This document shows positions 18,423-28,405 of a stretch of 53,962 bases of DNA, in pieces (within the stretch, counting starts at the first letter, position 1; each line of letters opens with the position of its first letter). Position numbers and translations under genes: made by a program. This stretch comes from Nitrospirota bacterium. Lineage in GTDB: Bacteria; Nitrospirota; UBA9217. A model generated the notes under the pieces. That model saw only the letters and a program-made list of their open reading frames with translations. It was not told the DNA's origin and did no database searches. The stretch spans positions 1 through 53,962 of the forward strand of contig JAXIPA010000102.1 of assembly GCA_045403145.1 (NCBI GenBank), read 5' to 3'.

Positions 18423-18450
18423 TTGACATTTTCGTAACACATGTTACAAT
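18423..18450 (+). promoter_or_regulatory. Sigma-70 promoter with overlapping palindromic operator for the chr operon
   Basis: TTGACA-N16-TACAAT, with GTAAC-ACAT-GTTAC at 18434-18447. Confidence 0.6.
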
Positions 18451-18507
18451 AACATCATAGGTTACATGAAGCATGGGAAACGGTGAACCACCGGGGAGGC
18501 GCAAATA

Positions 18508-18792
18508 ATGAAACGCTTACTGCATACGATTGAAGATATGCTGGCGGCAACGGCACTTGCTGAATGGGGTTTGACAGAAGCGGCCAGAGATATGGTGAAA
18601 ACGACCATGGCGGCGGAGAATGCGGGAAACGTCGAGGAAATTTCTGCGGCGGCGGCCTTCGCTGAGTCCGGCGAATACGAGACCGCGCGTGAACTCTCCG
18701 CAAGGAGATGGGGGAAAACTCGTGAGCTCGAAGTGACGCACCCTGATGATTGCCAGTACGGGGACAATGATCTCTGCTTTGTTCAGTCATAA
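18508..18792 (+). CDS. Small hypothetical protein (AAAFAExGE motif)
   Basis: GGGGAGG RBS; internally repeated AxAExG; first gene of the chr operon. Confidence 0.65.
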   Translation: MKRLLHTIEDMLAATALAEWGLTEAARDMVKTTMAAENAGNVEEISAAAAFAESGEYETARELSARRWGKTRELEVTHPDDCQYGDNDLCFVQS

Positions 18793-18848
18793 CGGTCAGG
18801 CACTCAATTGCGGCGCAGTGCTGTTGCCCCGGGATGAAAGGAATCTGA

Positions 18849-19838
18849 ATGGCCCCATCAACGCAGGACAAATGGCTCATGGTTTTTTACAGCGTGCCGT
18901 CGAAGCCGGTCAGCAAAAGGATGAAGTTGTGGCGAAAGCTTTCGAAAGTGGGAGCAATCCAACTAAAGGGTGCGGTGTACATACTGCCTTATTCCGAAGA
19001 GCATTATGAATTGTTCCAGTGGATCATTTCCGAAGTGGTTTCCATGGGGGGAGACGGTTCTTTCATCCGCACAGGACGGGTTGAAACCATGGAAGATGAA
19101 GATATCCGGCAGCTTTTCAATCAGCAGCGGGAGAAAGAATATCGTTCCCTTGGTAAGAAGCTTGATGACTTGGAACGAAAAATACAGAGCTTCAGAAAAG
19201 GAACAAAAACGCAGGATGTAATCCGGATCTCCGATGCGTTTAACAAGCTCAAGAAGGACTTCGGGGACATCCGGACCATTGACTTTTTCTCTTCAGAGGC
19301 AGGAGCGGCCGTGAGCAAACGGATCCGGATGCTCGAGACCGGATTGAAAGAAATGAAAGCCAGCCCCAAAGGACCGGCAGCGGCAATGCCGATCGCGCCG
19401 AAGCGGGTTGAAGAGTACCGGGGTCGTGTATGGGTGACGCGCAAAAAACCATTTGTCGACAGGATGGCGTCGGCATGGCTGATCAGGCGGTTTATCGATA
19501 AAGACGCGGTCTTTCAATTTATTGACGAACGCGAACGGAACAGTCTCGGAAATGAAGCCGTGGTCTTCGATGTCCGGGAGGGCGATTTTACTCATCAAGG
19601 TGACTTGTGTACGTTCGAAGTGCTGATGCAAACATTCGGCGTAAAAGACAAGGCCGTAAAAAAAATAGCCGAGCTCGTGCACGATCTCGACATCAAGGAC
19701 GGGAAATATGACAACTCTGAAACAAGCGGCGTAGAGGAAATCCTGTCCGGAATCCGAAAAACGGCGAAAAGCGACGCCGAAACAATCGAAAAAGGGATGG
19801 CAGTGTTCGGGATGTTGTATGCTGCAAAAAGCAGTTAG
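18849..19838 (+). CDS. chrB: Chromate resistance protein ChrB
   Basis: RMKLWRKL N-terminal domain; WVTRKKPFVDRMASAWLIRRFID and FTHQGDLCTFE. Confidence 0.9.
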   Translation: MAPSTQDKWLMVFYSVPSKPVSKRMKLWRKLSKVGAIQLKGAVYILPYSEEHYELFQWIISEVVSMGGDGSFIRTGRVETMEDEDIRQLFNQQREKEYRSLGKKLDDLERKIQSFRKGTKTQDVIRISDAFNKLKKDFGDIRTIDFFSSEAGAAVSKRIRMLETGLKEMKASPKGPAAAMPIAPKRVEEYRGRVWVTRKKPFVDRMASAWLIRRFIDKDAVFQFIDERERNSLGNEAVVFDVREGDFTHQGDLCTFEVLMQTFGVKDKAVKKIAELVHDLDIKDGKYDNSETSGVEEILSGIRKTAKSDAETIEKGMAVFGMLYAAKSS

Positions 19839-19944
19839 TCTTACAGTGCTGCAAGGGAATACGCCTAAACATTGAAAGCCTTCCCCTCTTCTTTACCTTT
19901 TACACAGACATCCTCCTGTTTATGTACGGCTGAAAAGGACTTCC

Positions 19945-21219
19945 ATGTCATCAAATACGGTATCATTTCAACAGGCTTTCCGGTACTGGCTTAAACTCGG
20001 GTTCATCAGTTTCGGCGGCCCCACAGGCCAGATCGCCATTATGCACAAGGACCTGGTCGAGAAAAAAAAATGGATCGCGGAAGATCATTTTCTTCAAGCG
20101 TTGAACTTCTGTATGCTCCTTCCCGGGCCCGAGGCGCAGCAGCTCGCAACCTATATCGGCTGGCTGTTGAACGGCAGGTGGGGCGGCATCATGGCGGGCG
20201 GTTTATTCGTTTTGCCGTCCATATTTATCCTGTGGGCCCTCACCTGGCTTTACGCCACGTATGGCAGCGTGCCGGTTGTCGCTGCATTGTTCTACGGATT
20301 GAAACCTGCTGTTGTCGCCATCGTGTTTGAAGCTGTGTTGCGCATAGGCGAAAAATCGTTAAAAACAAGGTTTCTGTACTCACTCGCCGCCGCTGCATTC
20401 ATCGGTATTTATGCCTTTAACATCCCCTTTCCCGTCATCGTTCTGTCAGCAGGGCTCGTAGGATATATTACTCGCGTCACTCCCCTGAACCTTGGGGCGG
20501 CGCACTCCCCTTCCCCTTCAATCACGCTGAATAGCGACGTTCGTCGCGGATGGCTGCGCGTCGCAAAAGTGCTCGCTGTTTTCCTCACCCTCTGGGCACT
20601 TCCGATCCTTATACTCGGGCTTTGGCGCGGTTGGAGCGACATCTTTATCGACATCGGCATCCTCTTCAGCAAAGCTGCCATAGTGACGTTCGGCGGCGCC
20701 TATGCCGTGCTCGGCTACATCGGCCAGCAGGCGGTGGGCCACTATCATTGGATCATGCCCGAACAGATGATGGACGGTCTCGGACTGGCTGAGACGACTC
20801 CGGGCCCGCTAATCATGGTGAACCAGTTCGTGGGATATCTCGCGGGATATTATCATGCCGAAGGACTCACCCCGGCCCTTGGCGGTGCAATCGGCGGTCT
20901 TCTCGCCACGTGGGTCACGTTTATACCTTCGTTCCTGATGATATTCCTTCTGGCTCCCTACATTGAGACGCTCAGAAAAAACGCAAAGCTCGGATCAGCC
21001 CTGTCGGCTATAACCGCCGCCGTGGTCGGCGTTGTCCTGAACCTTGCTGTGATCTTCACGTACCACGCGCTCGTGCCGGACAAAGGCGGTTTCGACTGGT
21101 ATGCCCTCATTGCGTCAGTCGGTGCTTTCATCGGCATGCAGCGTTTCAAATGGGGAATGATCCCGGTTATCATCGGTTCATCGGCAACAGGATTTGTCTG
21201 GACAATGGCAGTTCATTAA
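19945..21219 (+). CDS. chrA: Chromate efflux transporter ChrA
   Basis: LGFISFGGPTGQIA, LLPGPEAQQL, FGGAYAVL and AETTPGPLI motifs. Confidence 0.95.
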   Translation: MSSNTVSFQQAFRYWLKLGFISFGGPTGQIAIMHKDLVEKKKWIAEDHFLQALNFCMLLPGPEAQQLATYIGWLLNGRWGGIMAGGLFVLPSIFILWALTWLYATYGSVPVVAALFYGLKPAVVAIVFEAVLRIGEKSLKTRFLYSLAAAAFIGIYAFNIPFPVIVLSAGLVGYITRVTPLNLGAAHSPSPSITLNSDVRRGWLRVAKVLAVFLTLWALPILILGLWRGWSDIFIDIGILFSKAAIVTFGGAYAVLGYIGQQAVGHYHWIMPEQMMDGLGLAETTPGPLIMVNQFVGYLAGYYHAEGLTPALGGAIGGLLATWVTFIPSFLMIFLLAPYIETLRKNAKLGSALSAITAAVVGVVLNLAVIFTYHALVPDKGGFDWYALIASVGAFIGMQRFKWGMIPVIIGSSATGFVWTMAVH

Positions 21220-21233
21220 ACAAGGAGGTTTCC

Positions 21234-21788
21234 ATGAAACAGGTGGCTGAAATGGCGGTAAATTTTATGGCGGCATCGGCGAGGACCGCCCCCAAGGCGG
21301 GAGGAAAGGATTTTCTCGAAATCGTTGTCATCACGAAAGAAGAAGACTTGAAAAAGATTGCCGATGCAATGAAGGAGTACGCGTCCAAGAGCACGAACGA
21401 GGCTTTCTGGCTCCGGGACGCGTCTAACATCGAAAATTCGCAGGCGCTCCTGCTCGTTGGCCTTTCCAAGCCCGTGACCGCCGGATACGACTGCGGAGGC
21501 TGCGGTTATCCCACCTGCGCCGAATTCAACAGAAATAGAGCTCTGAAAGCAAAGGAGATGGGATATACCGGGCCGCACTGCGTTATGAGGATGATGGATA
21601 TCGGCGTGGCCCTGTCTTCAGCCGCAAAGACCGCGAGTATCCATAATGTCGATAACCGGGTTCAGCAGCGCGTGGGAGCGGCAGCACGGGCTTTGGGATA
21701 TATTCAGGCGGAGGTGGCCATGGGCATCCCCGTCAGCATCGGCGGCAAGAGCATCTACTTCGACCGCCAGGCCACGGCCAAACATTAA
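21234..21788 (+). CDS. DUF2148 ferredoxin-like domain protein
   Basis: AAGGAGG RBS; ARTAPKAGG, DCGGCGYPTC, DIGVAL and VDNR motifs. Confidence 0.8.
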   Translation: MKQVAEMAVNFMAASARTAPKAGGKDFLEIVVITKEEDLKKIADAMKEYASKSTNEAFWLRDASNIENSQALLLVGLSKPVTAGYDCGGCGYPTCAEFNRNRALKAKEMGYTGPHCVMRMMDIGVALSSAAKTASIHNVDNRVQQRVGAAARALGYIQAEVAMGIPVSIGGKSIYFDRQATAKH

Positions 21789-21802
21789 CAGAGAGCGTGA
21801 CC

Positions 21803-23011
21803 ATGAGACCACTGCTTTCACCCTTCGCTGCATTGTGCACCGTTGGCTTCTTTGCCAGGCTGTCCTATGCCTTGGCGAGAAGCCCGGTGCTGCCCCTTTT
21901 CGCTCTTTATCTGGGCGCAGGCCCCGAAGCCATCGGCCTTGCTGTAGGCATATCAACGGTGACGGGCATCTTCTTCAAACTCCCGGCAGGCGCGCTTTCA
22001 GACATAATCGGCAGGAAGAGGACCATGCTCATCGGTCTCCTGTTCTTCGCCTTCATGCCCTTCACCTATCTCTGGGTGCATAGCTACTATCCATTGATCA
22101 TCATCAGGTTCGTTCACGGACTCGCAACGGCAATATACGGTCCCGTATCCATGGCGGTGGTCGCAGATGTGGCAGGCGCGAAAAAGGGCGAGATGCTCTC
22201 CTGGTTCTCCTCCATCACGATCATCGGAAACCTGCTCGGTGCGCCGCTGGGCGGATTCATACTCCATAGCGCAGCCGGAGCCGCCACCCCTGCCCTGCCG
22301 GAATTCCAGAGAGCATATCTGATGAGCGGCGTCTCCGGTGTGCTGTCGCTTCTTTTGGCCTTCGCCATATTGCACGGCAAAAACGGGGAAGCCGGGAAAG
22401 GGCTGAAAGAAGCGTACAAACGATTTACCTCAGGCATCAAAGAAGTAATGAGCGACAAACGCGTCGTCATCACGTCGGCCATGGAAGGACTTCAGAACCT
22501 CACGGTGGGCGCGCTCGAAGCGTTCCTTCCGATCTACGCGGTAACCAGGGCTGGATTGAATGAATTCCAGGCAGGACTTCTCTGGGGGACTCAGGTCGTG
22601 GTGACCATCATTTCGAAGCCGGTGATGGGGCGGACTTCCGACCGGTTCGGAAGAAAACCATTGATCGTGGCCGGAATGATTCTCTGTGCAGGGGCATTCG
22701 GGGCCATCCCTCTCCTGAAGGGCTTTTATACTCTTATGATCGCGGCAATATTCTTCGGTTTCGGCGAAGCCTTCGTTACATCCTCATCCGCGGCCCTCGT
22801 GGCTGACGTCTGCAAGGAAAAGCATTTCGGCACGGCCATGGGCACCTTCGGAACGATCTTTGACATTGGCCACGCCTCAGGCCCGATTCTCGCGGGCTTG
22901 CTCATCGCGCGGTACGATTATCTTGTATCGTTCTGGATACTGTCGTCGATCCTTGTTGTCGCGATCCCGGTGTTCATAACAATGGTAAAAACAGAAAAGA
23001 ACGTCACGTAA
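21803..23011 (+). CDS. MFS transporter
   Basis: About 12 hydrophobic segments; MFS motif A in GALSDIIGRK and GRTSDRFGRK. Confidence 0.9.
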   Translation: MRPLLSPFAALCTVGFFARLSYALARSPVLPLFALYLGAGPEAIGLAVGISTVTGIFFKLPAGALSDIIGRKRTMLIGLLFFAFMPFTYLWVHSYYPLIIIRFVHGLATAIYGPVSMAVVADVAGAKKGEMLSWFSSITIIGNLLGAPLGGFILHSAAGAATPALPEFQRAYLMSGVSGVLSLLLAFAILHGKNGEAGKGLKEAYKRFTSGIKEVMSDKRVVITSAMEGLQNLTVGALEAFLPIYAVTRAGLNEFQAGLLWGTQVVVTIISKPVMGRTSDRFGRKPLIVAGMILCAGAFGAIPLLKGFYTLMIAAIFFGFGEAFVTSSSAALVADVCKEKHFGTAMGTFGTIFDIGHASGPILAGLLIARYDYLVSFWILSSILVVAIPVFITMVKTEKNVT

Positions 23012-23047
23012 TCGTTGTCATCGACCGCCTGAATATCGAGATGGTGC

Positions 23048-23087
23048 AAAAAAAAGAGCCGGGGATCCGCCACGGAAGTCCCCGGCC
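23048..23087 (-). terminator. Terminator after bfr
   Basis: GCCGGGGA...TCCCCGGC hairpin with an A tract on the + strand. Confidence 0.7.
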
Positions 23088-23144
23088 CGGTCATGGCCGT
23101 TTCTCGAAGTTTCTTATTGATGTTTATCGGCCAACGGGCCGGCG

Positions 23145-23612
23145 TTACTTAACCTGCGTCGTCAGGAAAATCGGCAGCGTCATATGAGAAATCTGGTCCT
23201 GGAGCGCTTCTATGCCGTCGATATGTTCGTCTTCGTCATTCAGGATGTGTTCCAGCACTTCGCGCGTGGCAAAATCACCCACTTCTCCCGCCAGTTGTAT
23301 TCCCGCATTGTATGACTTGATGGCGCCTTCCTCCGCGTTATGGTCATACTCAAGCTGCTTGGGAACTTCGCCGCCGATGGATATTTTTTTCAGATTCGTG
23401 ACTGTGGGAATGCCTTCGAGGAAAAGTATCCGCCCGATAAGCTTTTCCGCGTGCTTCATCTCGGCGATTGCCCGTTTTTCAAAATGTTCGTGCAGCTTCA
23501 CGTAACCCCAGTTCGCGCTCATCTCGGAATGCACCATGTACTGGTTGATCGCCGTCAGTTCGTCGGCAAGCAGCGAATTCAGCGTTTCGATCAGTTTCGG
23601 GTTTCCTTTCAT
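23145..23612 (-). CDS. bfr: Bacterioferritin
   Basis: MKGNPKLI...ELTAINQYMVH...EMKHAE...RILFLEG. Confidence 0.95.
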   Translation of the reverse strand: MKGNPKLIETLNSLLADELTAINQYMVHSEMSANWGYVKLHEHFEKRAIAEMKHAEKLIGRILFLEGIPTVTNLKKISIGGEVPKQLEYDHNAEEGAIKSYNAGIQLAGEVGDFATREVLEHILNDEDEHIDGIEALQDQISHMTLPIFLTTQVK

Positions 23613-23733
23613 GATGTGACCTCCTTGGATATTATATTAAGCTTATGAATCCGCCTCAGCAGCGGCGTCACCATGCCAATATTGGATATAAGTGTAGCAG
23701 GCTTCTTGCCGAAGTCAAGATATCGCATGCACG

Positions 23734-23761
23734 AAAAAAAAGGGCGGTCATTGCTCCGCCC
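23734..23761 (-). terminator. Terminator of the feo operon
   Basis: GGGCGG...CCGCCC hairpin with an A tract on the + strand. Confidence 0.7.
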
Positions 23762-23787
23762 CTGAAATTCCGCATCAGTACTCCGAA

Positions 23788-23943
23788 TCAATGGCAACCC
23801 GTTCGTTTGTTGATGCCCTTGACGGTGCAGGTTCCCACGTCGCACCCCGGGCAATGCCCCTGCTTTTTCCAGACGGAGCGGTAGAGAAGATAAGCCGCTC
23901 CACTAAGAATGAAAATCATAACTATTATGTCCGTAAGCCCCAT
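23788..23943 (-). CDS. FeoB-associated Cys-rich membrane protein (51 aa; below the ORF-track cutoff)
   Basis: MGLTDIIVMIFILSGAAYLLYRSVWKKQGHCPGCDVGTCTVKGINKRTGCH; the ATG lies 1 bp after the feoB stop. Confidence 0.85.
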   Translation of the reverse strand: MGLTDIIVMIFILSGAAYLLYRSVWKKQGHCPGCDVGTCTVKGINKRTGCH

Positions 23944-23944
23944 T

Positions 23945-26194
23945 TTATCCTCCAATCCCCAGCAACCTGCCTCCCTGGTATATAGCGAACGCCACGACCC
24001 AGGCCAGGACCATCTGGTACGCGAACGCGATGCCGAACCACTTCCAGGTGCCGAACTCCTGTTTCATGGCGATGGCCACGACTATGCAAGGCATGTACAA
24101 TAAGACGAACGTAATGAAGGCATAGGCGCTCAAGGGGGTAAACTGTCCCCGGATGACTTCTCGCAAAGGCGACCGTTCTTCCTGTTCTTCCGTCGATTCG
24201 TCGGCAGACATACTGGAAATGCCGAACCCCGAAACGACGTTAACAGCGGAATCGCGGACAGCACCGGCAAAGCTCGTCCCTATCTCCTTAAGGTCCTCGG
24301 TCAAAGTCGGCGTCGCCTTCTTTTCTTCGTCGCCCGCCTTTGGTACGTAAATCTCTCCCATGGTCCCGACCACGATCTCTTTCGCGATGAGGCCCGAAAC
24401 GAGCGACGATGCAGCCTCCCAGTTTCCGAAGCCGAGGGGTTCGAGTACGGGAGCGATCACCTGGCCCATCCGGCCCAGGTAGGAGTCCTTCTTGTGCTCC
24501 ACGCCCCAGGGTAGATTTAAGAGGAACCAGACGAGGATCGAGACGGCCAGAATATAGGTTCCGGCCTTTATCAGGAAGTGTTTGCCCTTCTCCCACGTGT
24601 GGATCATGAGGCTCCGGAACGAAGGCATGCGGTACGGAGGCAGCTCCATGATGAACATGGGCGCCTCGCCCTTAAAGAGCGTTCTTTTGAAGATGACCCC
24701 CATCATCACGGCAAGAAGGATTCCCATGACATAGAGCGACCAGAGGACCGTACCGGCGTGTGCGGCAAAGAAGACGCCGATGAAGACGACGTACACCGGA
24801 AGCCGCGCCCCGCAGGACATGAGCGGGATGAGAAGGGCCGTCAGGGCCTTGTCCCGCTCGTTTTCAAGCGTTCGTGTAGCGTAAACAGCCGGTACGTTAC
24901 AGCCGAACCCCAGAAGCATGGGGATGAAGGATTTCCCATGCAGTCCCATGGCATGCATGGCCCGGTCCATCACAAACGCGGCCCGTGCCATGTAGCCGCT
25001 TCCCTCAAGGAAGGTGATAAAAAACATCATGGCAAAGATCACGGGCACGAACACGAGCACGAAACCCACGCCGGCGATGATGCCGTCGGTTGCAAGGGAG
25101 ACCATCCAATCCGATGCGCCGATGAAACCGAGTACAGCCTCGGTCCACCGTTTGAACGGCCCGGCGGCCATGGCGTCGATCCAGTCAACGAAAGGCGTTG
25201 ATACGTCAAAAGTAAACTTGAACATGAGCCACATGGCAGCCAGAAAGATAGGAATGCCGAAAAAGCGGTTCAGCACAAATCGGTCGATCTTTTCAGTCAA
25301 CTCCGTTCTTCTAGTTTCCGGCCTCCGCAGCACTTCACGGGTCAGCCCCGCGGCCTGCGCATAACGCGCATCAGCCATGAGAGTCTCAATATCGGACTCG
25401 TGGGCCTCTTCGAGATGCGCAGTCGCCTGCCCTACTGCTGAATCAACGTTCTTCAGATCGATTTCCTTCAAGACCTGCTCATCGCCTTCCATGATCTTGA
25501 ACGCAAGCCAGCGTCTGGGATACCGTTTAACAAGCCCTTTATGCGGGCTGATTATTCTTTTTTCGACAGCCGATGCCGCGGCCTCGATGTCTTCGCCGTA
25601 GCGCAGTTCCTTGGGCCGTCGCCGCGACGGGTCGCCGGCCGCTTCCAGCGCAGCTTCCAAAAGATATTGCAGACCCGACTTTTTCGTAGCCACAGTCGGG
25701 ACTACGTTCACCCCGAGCATCTTCTCCATTGCCTTTACGTCGATCCGGTAGCCTTTCTGCTCCGCCTCGTCGTAGATGTTTAAAGCCATGACCACGGGGA
25801 TGCCCAGTTCCAGAAGCTGGACAGTGAGATACAGATTTCGTTCCAGATTGGTGGCATCCACGACGTTCACGATCACGTCGGGCCGCTCATGCACTAGGTA
25901 ATCCCGCGCGATGATCTCTTCCTGCGTGTAGGGGCTCAGGCTGTAGGTGCCCGGCAGGTCGACAAGCTTTATCCTCCGGTCTCCATATTCGAACTGTGCT
26001 TCCTTCTTTTCCACGGTGACGCCCGGCCAGTTGCCTACATGCAACCGGGTGCCTGCGATGGCGTTGATAAGGGTCGACTTGCCGGAATTGGGATTGCCTG
26101 CCACGGCAATAGTAATAGTTTTCAAACTTTTAATCGTGAGTCTTGAGCTTTCGCTCCTGACTTCTGGCTCCTGACTACTGACTCCTGCATTCAT
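23945..26194 (-). CDS. feoB: Ferrous iron transporter FeoB
   Basis: GNPNSGKS, VGNWPGVTVE, DLPGTYSL, GFGCNVPA and ELPPYR motifs. Confidence 0.97.
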   Translation of the reverse strand: MNAGVSSQEPEVRSESSRLTIKSLKTITIAVAGNPNSGKSTLINAIAGTRLHVGNWPGVTVEKKEAQFEYGDRRIKLVDLPGTYSLSPYTQEEIIARDYLVHERPDVIVNVVDATNLERNLYLTVQLLELGIPVVMALNIYDEAEQKGYRIDVKAMEKMLGVNVVPTVATKKSGLQYLLEAALEAAGDPSRRRPKELRYGEDIEAAASAVEKRIISPHKGLVKRYPRRWLAFKIMEGDEQVLKEIDLKNVDSAVGQATAHLEEAHESDIETLMADARYAQAAGLTREVLRRPETRRTELTEKIDRFVLNRFFGIPIFLAAMWLMFKFTFDVSTPFVDWIDAMAAGPFKRWTEAVLGFIGASDWMVSLATDGIIAGVGFVLVFVPVIFAMMFFITFLEGSGYMARAAFVMDRAMHAMGLHGKSFIPMLLGFGCNVPAVYATRTLENERDKALTALLIPLMSCGARLPVYVVFIGVFFAAHAGTVLWSLYVMGILLAVMMGVIFKRTLFKGEAPMFIMELPPYRMPSFRSLMIHTWEKGKHFLIKAGTYILAVSILVWFLLNLPWGVEHKKDSYLGRMGQVIAPVLEPLGFGNWEAASSLVSGLIAKEIVVGTMGEIYVPKAGDEEKKATPTLTEDLKEIGTSFAGAVRDSAVNVVSGFGISSMSADESTEEQEERSPLREVIRGQFTPLSAYAFITFVLLYMPCIVVAIAMKQEFGTWKWFGIAFAYQMVLAWVVAFAIYQGGRLLGIGG

Positions 26195-26418
26195 CCCACC
26201 ACCTCCACCGCGATCCCCTCAGCCTCTTTTTTTCTGAGCGAGAGGTTGTAGTTCTTGATCGTCACTTCGATGGGATCGCCGAGAGGCGCGATCTTTTCCA
26301 CCATTATCTCTTCACCCACGAGCACCCCCATGTCCATGAGCCTGCGCTTGAGCGACCCCAAAGCGCCCATTTTCGTTATTTTCCCCTTCTCACCGGGCTT
26401 CAGCATTGCCAGATTCAT
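26191..26418 (-). CDS. feoA: FeoA
   Basis: RRLMDMG...APLGDPIE...LSLRKKEA. Confidence 0.95.
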   Translation of the reverse strand: MNLAMLKPGEKGKITKMGALGSLKRRLMDMGVLVGEEIMVEKIAPLGDPIEVTIKNYNLSLRKKEAEGIAVEVVG

Positions 26419-26669
26419 TTCTCAGTCCTCCTTACCATGATTTTCATCGCCATGCCGCGGCCCATGGCAATACGCGATTCGTCCACCTTAAACAGGATTG
26501 GCCCGCGGCCTTCATTGTTCAGAACCTCCACAATTTTGCCCGCACGCACACCCATGTCTTCTACGCGGTCCTGACAGCTCCTGGCTGCTACGCCGGGGGC
26601 GTGGCAGCCGCTTTTTACTTCGACTACTTCTGCGCGTTCATCGGCGCCCAGCAACCCAAGTGGCATCAT
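26415..26669 (-). CDS. feoA: FeoA (second copy)
   Basis: GAGGAG RBS; MPLGLL...RVEDMGVRAG...SRIAMGRGMAMKIMV. Confidence 0.9.
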   Translation of the reverse strand: MMPLGLLGADERAEVVEVKSGCHAPGVAARSCQDRVEDMGVRAGKIVEVLNNEGRGPILFKVDESRIAMGRGMAMKIMVRRTEK

Positions 26670-26680
26670 GGCTTCTCCTC

Positions 26681-27475
26681 CTATAATCTCCACGTGATCC
26701 CCGCAAGGACCGTATAATCCGTCTCGGCCCTGTTCAGCCCGCCCTTGACGCCAAAATCAAGATCCATATGTTCGCCCGCAGCATAGACAAGTCCGCCGAG
26801 TACAAAGGCCGGATTCACATCGGATGTGACGTCAGGATTCCGTTCCATACCGATATTCGCGACAACGTTCAAGTCCTTCGAGACGTTCACCTGTGATGCA
26901 AAAGAAACATGCCAGATGTCTTTTCTGTTGACCTCTTCGTCCCCCTGAAGTTTGTACTCGTTGCGGATGTATCCCACGTTGAAATGGAACGCCCAGGGAC
27001 CGGCCTCCTTGGTTGTGATCAGGAACGTGCTGTATGAAATTTTCCCGTTGCCGAGCCCCTTTTCTTCGTCTCCCGTGGGGAGGCCCACGCCCGGCTTCAC
27101 CGCTAGGCTCAGTCCAGCTTTTTCATAAATACGTGCTTTTAACTCAATCGATGCATCCGTGAACCCGCGCACGGTGCTGGTTGTTGCACCATCATCGACC
27201 GTAATGGAGATGTAAGGCAAACCGAACACAAGATCTATGGTGTCGCTCAACCCATAGGACAGGAATGGAACCGTCGGCACCTCGAAGCCCTTCTCGGTGA
27301 TGCCGTTTTTCTTGTCGATTCCGTATTCGCCGATGAATTCGAACTGCATTTTCCCTTTTCCCTGAGTGCCCGTGTCGTCCGTGATGAGGGGATGGGCGGC
27401 AAAGGCCGTCCCCGCCGTCATGATTGCAACCATGAATCCGATAATTAAAGCAACCGCTCCAGTCCTTTTACGCAT
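26681..27475 (-). CDS. Putative outer-membrane beta-barrel transporter
   Basis: Signal peptide, AHPLITDDTGT, LPTGD, and a C-terminal beta-strand GITWRL. Confidence 0.7.
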   Translation of the reverse strand: MRKRTGAVALIIGFMVAIMTAGTAFAAHPLITDDTGTQGKGKMQFEFIGEYGIDKKNGITEKGFEVPTVPFLSYGLSDTIDLVFGLPYISITVDDGATTSTVRGFTDASIELKARIYEKAGLSLAVKPGVGLPTGDEEKGLGNGKISYSTFLITTKEAGPWAFHFNVGYIRNEYKLQGDEEVNRKDIWHVSFASQVNVSKDLNVVANIGMERNPDVTSDVNPAFVLGGLVYAAGEHMDLDFGVKGGLNRAETDYTVLAGITWRL

Positions 27476-27770
27476 TCCTTGCTCCTCCTTTTGTGTTTAA
27501 GCAATTCAAACACTCTCTCAGCGTGCATACGCCGCATGAGTGGTACTGATAAACGGGAAGATTCATCGACCGCGCCGTATTCATCACTTCCCTCTTTGCG
27601 CGGTGCGACACCTTGTTAGTAAAGATCACCACGGCATCCACATTTTTCACCGTTGACGTCATCCCGACGGCGGAGGTATTGAACACCTTGAGGTCAATGC
27701 CGACCTTTTTCGCCTCGCTTATATAATGTCGCTCAAGCCGGTCCATCCCTCCGATGAGTGCCACACACAT
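27468..27770 (-). CDS. DUF2325 family protein
   Basis: IGGMDRL...DAVVIFTNKVSH...HSCGVCTL. Confidence 0.8.
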   Translation of the reverse strand: MCVALIGGMDRLERHYISEAKKVGIDLKVFNTSAVGMTSTVKNVDAVVIFTNKVSHRAKREVMNTARSMNLPVYQYHSCGVCTLRECLNCLNTKGGARNA

Positions 27771-27792
27771 ATTTGTCCTCCCCTCTCCTTAT

Positions 27793-27817
27793 TGGTATTG
27801 ATTTTCAATTTCAATTT
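27793..27817. promoter_or_regulatory. Fur box
   Basis: TGGTATTGATTTTCAATTTCAATTT; aligns with the two other copies. Confidence 0.7.
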
Positions 27818-27930
27818 AAAATCAAAAAAAATCTTTTCCTGGCGGAGACAGCCTAAAGAATTTGCGCTTCTCAATGAGGACGGCGGCCCTGTCCGTCCCG
27901 GCCAGGTCGTCAAATTCCCTTGAGACCGGG

Positions 27931-28395
27931 TCAATACTTCACGGTTATGCCGGTCACGTCTTCCTTGGTCATCTCAGGCCATCTTTTCAGCACCCAGTTG
28001 CCCACCCATGCCTTGAACATATCCAGGTTCTTCTGTCGCTCTGTCTCGTCTGCGCCGAGATGCTGATACATATTCCCCGGCTTTTTGTCCTTGGTGTTCT
28101 TTCCATCGTCAAGTCTTCTCATGAGTGCTCCGGTATCTGGCCAGGCGGTAAACTGGACCAGATGGGCGTAGCTGTCCATCTTGGGTCCTTTGGACAGGGA
28201 GACAAATTTCTCCTTCTCCTTTTTAAAATCCCCGTACTCGGGCGCACCGCTCCCATGACAAGCCGCGCACAAACGGTCAAAGACGGCCTCGATGTGGGTC
28301 GTGTACCTCACCTCCTGTGCGTTCACATCCAGGGAAACCAAAAACAGCATCGCTGCCGTAAACAGTATTGTCTTTTTCATTGACAGTTTCTCCAT
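27931..28395 (-). CDS. pccH: PccH-like monoheme cytochrome c
   Basis: Signal peptide and CAACH. AWPDTGALMRRLDDGKN..KPGNMY.HLGA..ERQ.NL..FKAWVG matches my recollection of Geobacter PccH. Confidence 0.8.
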   Translation of the reverse strand: MEKLSMKKTILFTAAMLFLVSLDVNAQEVRYTTHIEAVFDRLCAACHGSGAPEYGDFKKEKEKFVSLSKGPKMDSYAHLVQFTAWPDTGALMRRLDDGKNTKDKKPGNMYQHLGADETERQKNLDMFKAWVGNWVLKRWPEMTKEDVTGITVKY

Positions 28396-28405
28396 TTTTC
28401 CTTAG

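Noticed and set aside
23904-23927. Fur-box-like AATGAAAATCAT suggesting a Fur-regulated sRNA upstream of bfr
   Set aside because: It falls within the TM-helix codons of the small FeoB-associated ORF, which explains the interval.
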